Shown here: positions 1-12,781 of the stretch, in pieces
Layout: each line of letters begins with the position of its first letter
Position numbering within the stretch: position 1 is the stretch's first letter
Source: Octopus sinensis
Taxonomy: Eukaryota
Assembly: GCF_006345805.1 (NCBI RefSeq)
Contig: NC_043002.1
Location: forward strand, 91,884,001-91,948,000
Length of the DNA: 64,000 nt
Direction of reading: 5' to 3'
Made by a program: the position numbers and the translations under genes
Notes under the pieces: model-generated
Databases searched by the model: none
What the model was told of the DNA's origin: nothing
What the model saw: only the letters and a program-made list of their open reading frames with translations

Positions 1-552
1 TATATATATATATTCTATTCCTGAGCGCTATACTAATACATTGTCTGTTTGTACTCCACCTGCCTTCGTCTTTTGTTTATTTTCGTAAACTTTCCCGTTA
101 TATATATATCGTGAAGCATATTTGCCACCTAAATGTCGCTGAAGCACTGTCTGTATCCGATCAGTATTTGCGAAGGGAAACCATCGTTCCCATCTCTAAA
201 CTTACGTGATACACACGGATCAGGGTTTCTGGGTAATAACCCATCATCGGCCTATGTCTGTCATCAGCTAGGAACGAGAACTGATTCCAAACGCAAAATA
301 CTGTATGCTTTCTCCAGTGACAAACCCTCGCTGATCTCGAAAAGGGAGAAACCGTGTGCCGTTAGCCAGCTGGAGGAGACGTCTTCCTGGGGCTTTAAAT
401 AACACTAGCTTCGTCCCATATGGGTCAGCCACATTTAGGTACTTTTCACGAAGTCGTGCTGCTACTGTTTACATCTCGCTCAGAGATTTATTGTCGCTTG
501 TTTCTTCTTTCTCGAAATCAGCGACGCCCAGAGATTTATTATTGTTATATAT

Positions 553-600
<48 letters not shown>

Positions 601-606
601 ACACAC

Positions 607-654
<48 letters not shown>

Positions 655-674
655 GATTTTGAACTGAAAGCTTA

Positions 675-1115
675 TTTTAGATTATTTCAACAAAAAGCAA
701 TGCAGTTAATCAAATTATACACCAAATTTATCAAAATAATATTGCCATTTTATCGGTTGCTTACTTATACCGGCTGCGAAGAATTGTGGAAAGCAAGAGG
801 TGATGAAATCGCGAAAGGCTGTATTTGCCTCTTCTTCGGATATGAAGTTTCTTCCTTGCAAAAAGATGTCTAATGCCTGGAAAACGTGATAGCCAGTTGG
901 CGCAAGGACTGGCAAATATGGTGTATGACCGAGCAATTCCAAGTTCAGTTCCTGTAACTTGAGTAGCATTCTTTGAGCAACATGCCTTGCAAGAGAATTC
1001 GCATGTCTCTATCAACTAACCTTGGTTGTTTAATTGCAAGTTCACTCATCAGTTCGTCCCATTTGTTGATACATACGTCCGCTGTCATGGACTTACAAGT
1101 GTCATGAAGCTGTAG
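675..1115 (-). mobile_element. Mariner transposase C-terminal relic
   Basis: Minus ORF 715-969 reads PYLPVLAPTGYHVFQALDIFLQGRNF...FFAAGISKQPIKWQYYFDKFG, matching the mariner YSPDLAPxDYHxF...GIxxLxxRWxxC end; frameshifted upstream. Confidence 0.8.
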
Positions 1116-1227
1116 TAGATGACACCAGCACTCCTTCATAATCAGCCTACGAACTCTCAGCGTACTCTAGCGTGTGTCTGTGTGTCTGTATATATATGTA
1201 TATGTGTGTGTGTGTGTATGTATATTA

Positions 1228-1281
<54 letters not shown>

Positions 1282-1286
1282 TATCT

Positions 1287-1556
1287 CACGTGATCACGTG
1301 ACCGACCAGACCATCAGATGTTGCTACACATCGCTGGTCACAATGCGTTCGCATTGTTTTAGCCTTCGAACGACGCCACCCCGCTGGCTAAGCGAGCAGG
1401 CCAACAGAAGAAAGAGTGGTGAAAGAGTACAACAGGGATCACCACACCCTGCCGTTTTTCGCTCAATAAACACACACAACGCCCGGTCTTGGAATCGAAA
1501 CGCGCTTCTCCGACCGCGAGTCCGCTGCCCTAACCACTGGGCCATTGCGCTCCACA
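1287..1556 (-). mobile_element. tRNA-derived SINE, family C (tail ...gcattgtgaccagcgatgtg...gtcacgtgat)
   Basis: Minus-strand head ggcccagtggttaggg...tttcgattcc (A/B-box-like); same tail at 33695-33770. Confidence 0.75.
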
Positions 1557-1689
1557 CACCACACACACACACAACACACAATAACATATATATATATATA
1601 TATGTATATGATATATATATATATTATATATATATATATATATAATATATATGTATGTATGTATATATGTGTATATGTGTATATATATA

Positions 1690-1900
1690 AAGTTAATCCA
1701 AACAAGAAAGCACAAAAAAAACACAACAACGCGAGGACGTGGAACAAATATAGTATTATTGGACACTCAGGAAAGAAGGGAAGAAGGAGGGTTTTACGTT
1801 TCGAGCGGAGCTCTTCCTCGGAAACATAGAAGAAGGAAAGATCCAGAGAAGGGAAGACAGAGGGAAAAAAACGCCAACGGTACACACGAGGTCACATTTT
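1690..1900 (-). mobile_element. Short hammerhead-bearing PLE pLTR-like element (family H1), core mutated
   Basis: About 200 bp homologous to 54880-55065 and 61150-61365; minus strand GTTT CCGAGGA A GAGC-TCC-GCTC GAA ACGT A AAAC at 1791-1825 (U4 changed to C). Confidence 0.75.
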
Positions 1901-1943
1901 GAAAGCTATATATATATATTCATATACAGACACAGACACACAC

Positions 1944-3211
1944 TAGGGTACGCTGAAAAGTTTGTAGTGTAACTATGAAGGAGTGACGCTACAGCTGTGA
2001 AATCTTGCACGCATTAATTTCAACTTTTCTTATAAATAACTAAATAACTATATTGTTTCATTCCAATTTCAAAGAAGACTTCAAAAGTAACTAGTGGCAA
2101 CTTATCTTGAAAACTGACAAAATTTTGCGTTCGAGTGTTATCAAGTACCTGCGAAAAATGGTCTATCCTCCAATGACATCCATACTGCCATGGTTGCTAC
2201 ATTCGAGGAAGACGCTCCAAATTTATCAACAGTGCAAAAGTGGGCAGTTGACTTTAAAAAAGGAAAGGAGAATCTTGATGACGACCTAAGATCTGGATAT
2301 CGTGCAACTGCCACCACCAAGGAAATAATTGATCGTATTCACCACATGCTGGTGGATGACAGGCGATTGGGTATAATTGAAATAGTCAGTTCTATTAGTA
2401 TATCCCGTGAGAGAGTTGAGAATACTATGCACAATGAACTTGGTATGACAAAGGTTTCGGTTCAGTGAGGGTCACGTTGTCTGACCCCTGATCAAGATCG
2501 CAAAAGGCTTAATATTGTTTGAGGCAGAACCTGATATTATTTGAAGCAGAACCAGTTAGTTACTTTGAACGTTTCCTAAGCCGGGATGAGTGTTAGATTC
2601 CTTAATTTGAACCAGAGACAAAGAGGCAAAACATACAGAGGAAGCATTCCACCCACTCACCCATTTTAAAGAAGGCTAAGGTAGTTTCACCTGTAGGGAA
2701 GGTAATGGCCTCAGTCTTTTGAAATGCAAAAGGCATTGTTTTTATTGGCTATCTTCAAAAGGGCCACGCCATCAATGGAGATTACTGTGTCAACTTGCTG
2801 GGGAAGTTACAAAAAGCTATCAAGACCAAACGCCAAGGAAATTGACGAAATGGGTTTTGTTTCATCAGGACAAAGCTCCAGCACTCAAGTCCCTGTTTTT
2901 AATGGCTGTTGTGCGTCACTGTAGGTTTGAACGGGTTGATCACCCTCGGCTTCATCTGACTGTCATCTGTTCCGCAACATGAAAAAGCACAGGGCCGGCA
3001 AGCAGTATGGTAGTGATGAAAACGTCATATCTACTGCTGAAGAATTTTTTGACCAACAGGATGAAAGCTTCAACAATTGGATCCAAGCACCGCAACACAG
3101 ATGGAAGAAATGTGTGGACCGCAAGGGAGACAGTTGAAAAACAAACGTCATTTGGTCTCATTCCATGAGAGTATCTTGGTCAGCCTATAAACTTTTCAGA
3201 CGACCCTCGTT
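1944..3211 (+). mobile_element. Full-length decayed mariner element with TIRs
   Basis: TIRs gggtacgctgaaaagtttgtag / ctataaacttttcagacgaccc; fragments VQKWAVDFKKGKENLDDDLRSG, LGMTKVS, GKVMASVF, FHQDKAP; many stops and frameshifts. Confidence 0.9.
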
Positions 3212-3252
3212 TATATTTGTGTGAGTGTGAGTGTGCGTGCGTGAGTGCGAGC

Positions 3253-3292
<40 letters not shown>

Positions 3293-3498
3293 GTGTGCGT
3301 GTTTGTGTGTGTGTTTGTAGTGGAATTACTGGGAATTGCTACTGAAGTGGAGGGCGCGCTACATAACGGAAGAAAATCGCATCAGTATTTATTTTTCTTA
3401 TTTTGAAAAATCTTATCAATGGATGAAAAGAACATGCATATATTTCTACGAAACGTTCTTTTTTTTTCATGACATGTAGTCGTTAAAGTTTCTGGTAG

Positions 3499-3545
3499 CC
3501 GTAGATAGTACTATTTCGTTGTCTTTCTGGACTCTTCAGCATGAC
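3499..3545 (-). ncRNA. Type I hammerhead ribozyme motif (degenerate helices I/II)
   Basis: GTCATG CTGAAGA GTC-CAGAAA-GAC AAC GAA ATAGTACTAT C TACGGC; intact core, 10-nt palindromic helix III. Confidence 0.6.
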
Positions 3546-3776
3546 ATAACTCGTGAATTACAATATACTTATCTTAAATTCATTTAAAAGTTAAAAACGA
3601 TCTTTTTCATTTTTTTTCTTCTTCTAACAGTGGAGAAAAGAAAAGTCGGGAACAGAGATAGAAATAGTAACTTGTTATATATTTCGAAATATCTTTCTGT
3701 TCTTTTTAAATAGTCCCAGTATAGACTTTTCGCGTGTGATTCTTTGTTTGTGTGTGTAGTTATATTTAATGTCTTC

Positions 3777-3812
<36 letters not shown>

Positions 3813-4970
3813 CACACACAAGTATACATAAATATTGTATACTCGTAGATTAATACACGCACGCACATATGCATACATATATAAACGTGCATTCATGTAT
3901 GTATATGTGTATATACATGCTTATGGGCATATGTGCGCAAATATTTCTAAGATAGAAGGATTTGGCTTAGCAATATAAAAAAATTTATTTAACCTTCGCT
4001 CCGAAAACCATCCTAAAATTCCATCATTTACTCAATTAAAAACCGACTCATATAACATATTTTTATGAAAATGAAAACATAGCTAAAGTTAATAACACCA
4101 GCATTCTTTTAACGACTCGTCTGCATTTAAACTGAACATATGTTATATTACCGTATTATATTCGCTAGCATGTTTAAATAAACAACTAATTTAAACTTAG
4201 AATGTTCCCACTTTGCCCTCAATCAAGCGACGGGTATCGAATAAGTATATTTCATATTTCCATGCAAAATACAACATTAATTTATCATACTACATAGACA
4301 CCCATTTCAAAATATATACACAATCTCATGGTATAGAAAAGCAAATAAATAACTGTTATCTAATTGGATACGTAACAGAAATTTTAAGTCAAATTTATGT
4401 TTCATATTTCACTCTTGGGTGTGGGGTACGGATAAACTCACGTCTGAGAAGGTGTCTACATAAATGTGAGATATGGGAGCATATGAATTAATGTTTAGCT
4501 TTGTTATATAAGTTCATGGGGGTGTAAAGTTAATTATAGTTATAGATACGATGGCGTTATATAGTTCCGCGGGACATGTCTTTAATTAAAAAAATGACGA
4601 ATTTATATATATAGGTGTATCTTGGAAAATAGGTATGCATATAGATATGTGTATATATATATATATGAGAGAGAGAGAGAAAGAAAGAGAGAGATAGAGA
4701 AAAAAGAGAGAGAGAGAAAAAGAAAGAAAGAGAGAGAGAGAGGGAAGCTGTGCGTGTAGGTGTGGAATATATAAATTTTATTAACAAATGTTTGGATTAG
4801 ATTCTTTATTCTCTAGTAGGTATATGGAAGTCTGTACACATTCATATCTATCTATTTATCAATCGATCAATCGATCGACATAACTGTCCATCTATCAATC
4901 GATCTCTGCGTGTCTGTGTATCCGTCTGTTTCTCTTTTTCAGTCTCTCTCTCTCTCTCTCTTTATCTCTC

Positions 4971-5342
4971 TCTATATAAACGGCAGTTTGTCTGTGCGTG
5001 TTTCTGTGTGTCTGTTTGCTTGTACCTTCACCCTGACCACGGCTTTCAACCGATTCTGATGAAACTTGACACACACATAGCCCAATGTCATAATTCAAAA
5101 CTAACGCAGCGAAAATTTTGAAAAGTTCCCCCAGTTCTGAAAACAATCGATAAATTCGACATGGGGTCCAGAATCAGAAACACAAACTGTCTAGGGGACG
5201 CAACTCCACCTTTTTAAACTAAAAAAAAATTTACCATCATCTTTTTCCTTTTTTTTTTTTGCTATTTTTGGCTATAACTCTCTAAAAATGCTTTATAGTT
5301 ATTTCCCTTACAAACCTGAGCAACGCCGGGCGATACTGCTAG
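4971..5342 (+). mobile_element. Non-autonomous Helitron-like element
   Basis: 5' TC-tatataaa start; 3' cctgagcaacgccggg hairpin then CTAG followed by T; 3' 130 bp shared with 36050-36177. Confidence 0.7.
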
Positions 5343-5392
5343 TTTATACATATATACACACATATATACATATATACGTGTATATGTATATA

Positions 5393-5423
<31 letters not shown>

Positions 5424-5480
5424 ATAATATATATAATATATATGTATGTATGTATGTATATACATATATAAATATGCATG

Positions 5481-5517
<37 letters not shown>

Positions 5518-5518
<1 letters not shown>

Positions 5519-5912
5519 TAGCAGCTAAACCCAGTTTCAGCCGGTCCGTTTGGATGATGTGGCTATGATTGTTTTTGGTTAGGCATAATCTAACTGCGTT
5601 TCTCAACCTTATAATTTCGGGTCCCCTGTTTTGATTGAAGCCTCTGGTTGTATAAAAATTTCCTGGCCCCACCCCGTCGTCGGAAAACAGGTTCTAAGCA
5701 ACTGGTTGTTTTAATGGCTGAAGAAAGAGGGAAATTCAATCGATTTTCTCGGTAAGTGTGGGGGCTAGGGAAAAAAATACAAATCGCATTCCAATCTATG
5801 TACCCGTGTATACATGTGTACCATTTTTAATGCGAATCCACCCAGCTGTTTGGCTGTGAACCTCAAGACAAGAAAGAATATAACGATCGCCCACGTCCAA
5901 TTTATATTATAT
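5518..5912 (-). mobile_element. Non-autonomous Helitron-like element (second family)
   Basis: Minus strand starts tatataatataaattggacg and ends accggctgaaactgggt...gCTAG followed by T. Confidence 0.55.
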
Positions 5913-6412
5913 ATATATACATGAATGTATATTTATATATATGTACGTGTTTCTGCATATATAGATGTGTTGATAATTGCGTCCATTCACACATCCACAC
6001 TCCCCAAAAAACACACACATATATTTATATACGAGAAGTATTTGACCTTATTCAAGTTTGTAGAATATATATAAGCAGGAGTGTCATACTGCTTGTGATC
6101 TCTTTTAGTATAAGTGTTCCAATAAATTGTTCAGGTGTCAACATGTTAAACTGTGGTCCACAACTTGGAGCATATATACATAGAATTAATATGTGTGGGG
6201 GTGTGTACGTGTGTGTGTGCGTGTTTGTGTGTGCGCGTTTGTTTATTTGTGTGTATGTGTGTGTGTGTCTGTTCTCTTCTGTTTTTAATCATTTAAATTC
6301 TTCGTCTTAGGAAGGAACTGATTTCTATCAAAGATACAAAGCTCCATCTTTGGAATGTAGATAACAAAAGCAAAGTCACATTTTGGGAAAAATTTTGCAT
6401 ATCTATACTTAC

Positions 6413-6703
6413 AGACTGTAATGGTATTCATTTAAATGGATGTCACAGACTGTAATTGTATAAATGTAAATGGTCGTTAATGCAGTTGTCCATATTTATC
6501 ATCTTTCTCTTTGATTTTAGAAGAGATAATCACATCATCATGACCTCTATGAGAGCAGTCACTTTTTTCTTGTTTATCTCAAAGAACAATGTCCGACCTG
6601 TTGCGCTTACACTTGACAAGTGTTTTGATGGGAATGTTCCACCAGTATTTCCTCTGTTGACGTTTGTGTATGCATTTGCTGCTTGGGTGATTTGTATGTG
6701 AGG
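6413..6703 (-). CDS. Two candidate exons (6611-6703, 6413-6449) of an unidentified gene
   Basis: Acceptor ttatgtcattctcatgcag and donor AGT|gtaagc; acceptor caattacag and donor TCT|gtaagt; phase-compatible reading SHTNHPSSKCIHKRQQRKYWWNIPIKTLVK-F-CDIHLNEYHYS; no recognised domain. Confidence 0.3.
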
Positions 6704-7054
6704 CTGCATGAGAATGACATAACAAAACCAAGCAAACATTTAATAGTTACTTTTATTTTACCACACAATATCGAGGTTGGTGATGAATTATAAATTTGCA
6801 TAAAAGGTCAACACAATTGAGAGAATAATTCACTCGCGTTCATACATAGCTAATTACAAAAGCTATCAACTGACGTTTGTCAAAGCAGGAGAAAATACAC
6901 TCAGTAGATTCATATCGACAAATCCATGTTGAGCAGAAAGACGTTAAAGGAAACTGTTTTTAACGGAAAGCGAGTATCTGGAGCTGGACCGCAGATTACT
7001 ATTTATTACTACGCACTCTGGAAGTTGGTGCTAAAAACAAGCCTTTACAGCATC

Positions 7055-7118
7055 TTTATACCGAAATGCCCCAGAAGAATCTAGAAGCAATCACGTGAAA
7101 TCTGGTTTCTGATTGGTC
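7055..7118 (-). promoter_or_regulatory. Candidate Pol II promoter (CCAAT, E-box, TATA)
   Basis: Minus strand GACCAATCAG (7109-7118), CACGTG (7092-7097), TATAAA (7055-7060) in canonical order, upstream of the candidate exons. Confidence 0.35.
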
Positions 7119-7548
7119 AATAACTAGGCCTCTTGTGTGAACAAGTTTGTGCTATGTCGTCACATAAAATTCCTAATTTGACGACTCCGTTTGGAGGCTT
7201 CCTAGATATTCAATAACAGGGAGATTCTCAATATGTCCAAGACAGATTCTATTTTCCGAATGTCATTATATATCGTTTTTGTGTGTCGCATAAGGAGATT
7301 GTACCTTGATGACATTTTTGGACAGCTGCTAATCACATGTGTGATGTCTTCCACAAAAATATGTTACAATCAGCATTTACTGTTGTATGTACACACACAC
7401 ATACACACACACACATACAAACACGTACACATACACTCACGTACGCGCACACACATACATAAATTCAGTCATTAATGCATACATATATACGTACATATAT
7501 ATAAAATATCTATAATATTATATACATATATACATATATTTATGGTGA

Positions 7549-7631
<83 letters not shown>

Positions 7632-7663
7632 TATATATACATATATATACATTTATACATATA

Positions 7664-8075
7664 TGTACATACTTACATATATATGTATATATACATGCAT
7701 ATATGCATATATGAGTACAGGACATCACAAAACGTAAACATGAAATACGAAGGCAAGCTTGGACATGGGAACAACGAGAGAAACAAATGGAAAACATGAC
7801 AAGTAACATAACGAACGGCCCTTCATCAGTTTTTGGCTGTTCCTCTAGTCCATATTTCGAACAATTAACGTTAATTGCTCGAAATTTGTAGTAGATGAGC
7901 AGCCGAAAACTGCTGAAGGGTCGTTCGTTATGTTACTTGTGTTGTTTTCCATTTGTTTCTCTCGTTGTTCGCATACCCAAGCTTGCCTTCGTATTTCATG
8001 TTGTTTACCTTTTGTGTCGTTCTGTACCCATATATGCATATATATACATATATATGTAAGAATGCACATATATGT
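7664..8075. repeat. About 410-bp imperfect palindrome of a dispersed repeat
   Basis: Centre ttcgaacaattaac|gttaattgctcgaa near 7870; arms are reverse complements; same family as 21780-21990. Confidence 0.9.
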
Positions 8076-9251
8076 ATGTATATATGCACATATATATATA
8101 TATATCCGTGTATGTGGTGTATGAACATGTAGAACTTTCAGATATCATTGCTATCAATAGCCACCGTTACTGCATATTACTCGTCGAAACTTATTTTCAA
8201 CTTCCTCATAGAATGAAGCATTCCTTTTTTCCCAAAATACCAAAACACACTCAGTTATTTTATAAATAGCAAATTTAGCAAGTCGGTTCCTATGCTGTCG
8301 CCGTTTCAGAGCCTACCTTTTTCTCTATTCTTCTTTTCCTTTTCTTTTTTCTTTTTTTCTTTTCTTTTTCTTTTTCCTTTTCTTTTTTTTTACAAAATGC
8401 TGATAAATCTATTACGGACTTTCAACTGTAACCAATATGTATAGTTAAAGTGAATTAGCAAAACGAAAAAAAAAAGAAAGAAAAAATGGAAATTGAAAAA
8501 GGACAAACAGAATACGACCAAATATACTTAGTTAGATGTAACATTCAAGGTGCATGGATAAAAAAAAAATTCTATTCCTGACTAATACATTGATACAATC
8601 GTTAAAAACTAACAGAATAAATAATTACATAAAAAAGATAATAACTGAACGATAAAAAAAAAATACGTGAAATTTATTGGCAACTTTGCAAAATATTGTA
8701 TTGTAAGCGTTTAACAGACGACATAGAAGCGGTAATTTCTTTGGCAGGTATTAGTAACCTTCATTTAATAGGTTTGTGATGTTTTGTTGAATGTGAAACT
8801 AAACGAAATGACATCAGAGAACCAGACAGAATACATCTACAGACTTATATCTATAGCGATGCTATTTTATGCCAGACTATAACCGGCAGCATTTCACCAA
8901 GGTCTTTCACAAGACGTCTAACTATAAACAGGTCTCTAATAACAAGAGATCTATAAAATAAAACATATATATATATTATATGTATATATGTGTGTGTGTG
9001 TGTGCGTGCGTGTGTGTATGTGTGTGTGTGTGTGTGTGTTGTGTGTGTGTGTGTGTGTGTGTGTGTTGTGTGTGGTGTGTGTGTGTGTGTGTGTAAGCAA
9101 CCGCGTTTTCGATATTTGTCCTGGCTTAAAATAAAATGCCGACAAAAATAAACGATAGCAAACTAGTATTTAGATGCACGCATCCGTCTAGTCAACAAGA
9201 CGTATATTGATATATCGCACTTTTCTCTCTCTCTCTCTCTCTTCTCTCACT

Positions 9252-9300
<49 letters not shown>

Positions 9301-9461
9301 TCTCCTTCAGTCTTCTCCTTGTTACACACACGTATATGCATATTCACCCATTTGCACTCATACGCATGTACAAACACAATCACCTGCATGTAAATATAAT
9401 ACATACGTAACGCCTTACATACATACATACACACATACCACACACATATGCACACATACAC

Positions 9462-9512
<51 letters not shown>

Positions 9513-9599
9513 TATCATATCATTAGCCACCCGCCATGTTGGGACATCGCCTGGAAGAATCTGTAATCGAATGAATCACCCCCGAACTTTTTTTATAAG

Positions 9600-9842
9600 G
9601 CTTGGTACTTATCTTATCGGACTGTTGCCGAACCGCTACGTTACGGGGACATAAAGGAATCAACACCGGTTGTCAAGCAGTGGTGGGGAACAAACACTTT
9701 TGTAAGTTTCCGTCAACCAAATCCACTCGCAAGACTTTAGTCGGCCCTAGCTATAGCAGAAGCAACATGCCCAAGGTGCAACGCAGTGGGACTGGACCCA
9801 CAATCGGGAAGCTTCTTACAACACGGTCACGTCTGCGCATAT
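9600..9842 (-). mobile_element. tRNA-derived SINE family B, internally deleted
   Basis: gccgaaccgctacgttacgggga...ccgtcaaccaaatccactcgcaag...tgcccaaggtgcaacgcagtgggactg blocks shared with other B copies. Confidence 0.8.
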
Positions 9843-10321
9843 ATACAGCCTCATCTCTATGATGAAAAGGTTAGGAGGTTTTTACACGAGTAAATTCATT
9901 TTACAAAAAGAGAAAAGAAGAAAATGCATTTAGCACTGTATCATGTGTTAAAGAGAATTGTATTTACATTTCTATTAAATTATTCAACCGGTTTCAATCG
10001 TTTAAATTATGATTTATCATGGTAAAGAAAAAGAAAATCAAATTGAAATGAATTAAATTAATCTGTCATGAATTTTACTTGGATGTATGTATGTATGTAT
10101 GTATGTAAGTATGTATGTATGTATGTATGTATGTATGTATGTATGTATGTATGTATGTATGTATGTATGTATGTATGAATGCATGTATGTATGTGTATAT
10201 GCATGTATGTGTGAGTACATCTCTCAGGGATAAGTATACAATCATAAAATATAATAAACTATGATACAGAATATTAACTGGAAAAAGGACTCACTACAGT
10301 AGTAGTGTCAAAATTTTATCG

Positions 10322-10363
10322 AATGTAACTTCGAAGTTTCGCCATCGATGGCAGTCAAACAAT
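10322..10363 (-). ncRNA. Hammerhead relic (CUGANGA box decayed)
   Basis: ATTGT TTGACT GCCATCGATGGC GAA ACTTCGAAGT T ACATT; helices II and III are perfect palindromes. Confidence 0.45.
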
Positions 10364-11399
10364 GCCGATACCGACATTGCACGTGTTCAGTACTTAAAGG
10401 AAATATCACCCATCAAAGCAAATATCACACAAAAGATCAGACCAGAATACATCAGATACTAGAAGAATCAAATACTAGAGGATATCTTCAAAATAAAATA
10501 ATATACGATATCGTTGCTATAGGAATGTTAGCATATAGTTAAGCATCCCGACATTAACCAATACAAGATATTGGTAATTGTTATTATTTAACCCCAAGTC
10601 AGTCGGGATCTAATAGATCTATAGACGTTCCAGTAGTGGCCATTCCGTCATTTACTGACAGTGCGCAATCAATTTCCAATATATTTTTCGTCATTTTTAA
10701 AGAGCCTGTATTGTAAGATCACATTGTCATTTTTAGTAGGTCACAATCGCGTAGAATCTCGCTCATCTTTCCCCTTTCTTCTTCTTGTCTCTGCCCCCTC
10801 TCTATCAATCTCCCCCTTTCTCTCTTTCTTTCTTTGTATCCATCCCTTCCCACTCTCTTAATTTCTTCAGCTTCTTTATAGAGACAAGCAAGTATTTTTA
10901 TTGGGAACTATCACTTAAGCTGAATAAAAAATATAGTTTGTTGTTAAAATAAAAAAAAATTAATTATACTTAAATCCAATTTTTTGCCTTGCTTAAATTT
11001 TTTTTCACATTTTTGCTTACAACTTTTTAAAATATAAATTTGTGTTGCATGGGACCAAAACTATGACATCCCTCATGCTTTCGTCTATCACTGAAGCTAA
11101 GATAAGTATATTTTGCTTTTAAAATAAAAAAAAAGTGATTTAGATCTAAACTTGATTGGTGGCGTTACTTACTCTCCTATAATATTGCTACAAATTTTGA
11201 TGTAAACTTTTTTTCTACTAGGTCAGATCTCCATTTTTTTAATGCTAAAATGTAGCTAAGGACCAGTTCTCGTCAAAAATGTTAACAATTTTCAATTTCA
11301 TTTAGAACTGAATTAGCGACGACAAAGTTGTGGAAGATACTGCATGTGAGTAAATTGCCACCTTAATATTATTTAACTACTACTGTAGTTGAATACTCT

Positions 11400-11620
11400 C
11401 TTTTTACTATCTTTTACTTGTTTCAGTCATTTGACTGCGGCCATGCTGGAGCACCGCCTTTAGTCGAGCAAATCGATCCCGGAACTTATTCTTTGTAAGC
11501 CCAGTACTTATTCTATCGGTCTCTTTTGCCGAACCGCTAAGTGACGGGGACGTAAACACACCAGCATCGGTTGTCATGCAATGCTATGGGACAAACCATA
11601 CACACAAACACACACACACA

Positions 11621-11660
<40 letters not shown>

Positions 11661-11785
11661 TACGACAGGCTTCTTTCAGTTTCCGTCTACCAAATCCACT
11701 CACAAGGCATTGGTCGGCCCGGGGCTATAGCAGAAGACACTTGCCCAAGATTCCACGCAGTGGGACTGAACCCGGAATCATGCAT
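11400..11785 (-). mobile_element. tRNA-derived SINE family B
   Basis: Canonical B body with internal (CA)/(TA) tract and (CTTTTA)-type tail; head truncated. Confidence 0.9.
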
Positions 11786-11972
11786 ACATTATACCATTAT
11801 ACACACACACACATATTTACATATACACGCTTAACCATATACATAATTCTAATATATATATATTGTATTTCGGGATGTTTATGTATTTTTTTTTTGGCCA
11901 AATAAACATACGCACTATATATTCGTTTTTCAGTTGTTTATTACCATTCTTTTTCTAACTCATGTCTGTTGT

Positions 11973-12012
11973 TCGGCGATCTTTCGTCACACATCTGTGA
12001 CCTCTTCAGCGA
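11973..12012 (-). ncRNA. Type I hammerhead motif, U16.1 mutated
   Basis: TCG CTGAAGA G GTCACA-GATG-TGTGAC GAA AGATCG C CGA; perfect 6-bp helix II. Confidence 0.55.
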
Positions 12013-12350
12013 CACTTTCCGTCTTCGGAATCTTTACATATATATAGACAGCAGGGAGTTAAAATTAAAGTGCGCATTTGTTTATTTTTGGTTTGTTACC
12101 TTTTTGTTATTGTTTTTTGTTTGACTACTCGTAAATAATTCGTTCAGTCTTGATAGAACAACAATATCAAGAGGAATACAATGAGCTAACATAGGAAAAT
12201 TACTAATCAACATTATTTGTTGCATAAAAGGACACATTCCATATGATGCCAAGATTGCAAAATTACCGGACGGTCGCATTTCGAACACTTCCGATCATAG
12301 GTCTAAAAATAGCAACGGCGACGATGACAACGACAACAGGTATACAGAAA

Positions 12351-12764
12351 GGCGGCGAGTGGCAGAAACGTTAGCGCGCCGGGCGAAATGCTTAACGGTA
12401 TTTCGTCTGCCGCTACGTTGTGAGTTCAAATTCCGCCGAGGTCGACTTTGCCTTTCATCCTTTCGGGGTCGATAAATTAAGTACCAGTTACGCACTGGGG
12501 TCGATGTAATCGACTTAATACCTATGTCTGTCCTTGTTTGTCCCCTCTATGTTTAGCCGCTTGTGGGTAATAAAGAAATAGGTATTTCGTCTGCCGCTAC
12601 GTTGTGAGTTCAAATTCCGCCGAGGTCGACTTTGCCTTTCATCCTTTCGCGGTCGATAAATTAAGTACCAGTTACGCACTGGGGTCAATATAATCGACTT
12701 AATCCGTTTGTCTGTCCTCGTTTGTCCCCTCTGTGTTTAGCCCCTTGTGGGCAGTAAAGAAATA
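12351..12764 (+). mobile_element. SINE family A tandem dimer, both units with Tx1-like tail
   Basis: Unit 1 12351-12580, unit 2 12581-12764 starting at internal ggtatttcgtctg; outer TSD ggtatacagaaa / gatatacagaaa. Confidence 0.9.
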
Positions 12765-12781
12765 GATATACAGAAAAATAT

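Noticed and set aside
120-530. GC-richer segment containing CTGATGA on the minus strand
   Set aside because: No helix II closure or helix III; probably an unclassified retroelement fragment that I cannot assign
7815-7925. CTGATGAAGGG / CTGCTGAAGGG in the palindrome arms (and CTGAAGAAGGGG near 21915)
   Set aside because: No downstream GAAA or helix III, so not counted as hammerheads
11298-11365. 40-nt plus-strand exon-like segment with strong splice sites (TELATTKLWKILH)
   Set aside because: Isolated, with no phase-compatible neighbour or homology recognised
12351-12764. Repeat-spacer-like periodicity suggesting CRISPR
   Set aside because: These are SINE dimers of about 190 bp in eukaryotic DNA; no short repeat-unique spacer array and no cas genes
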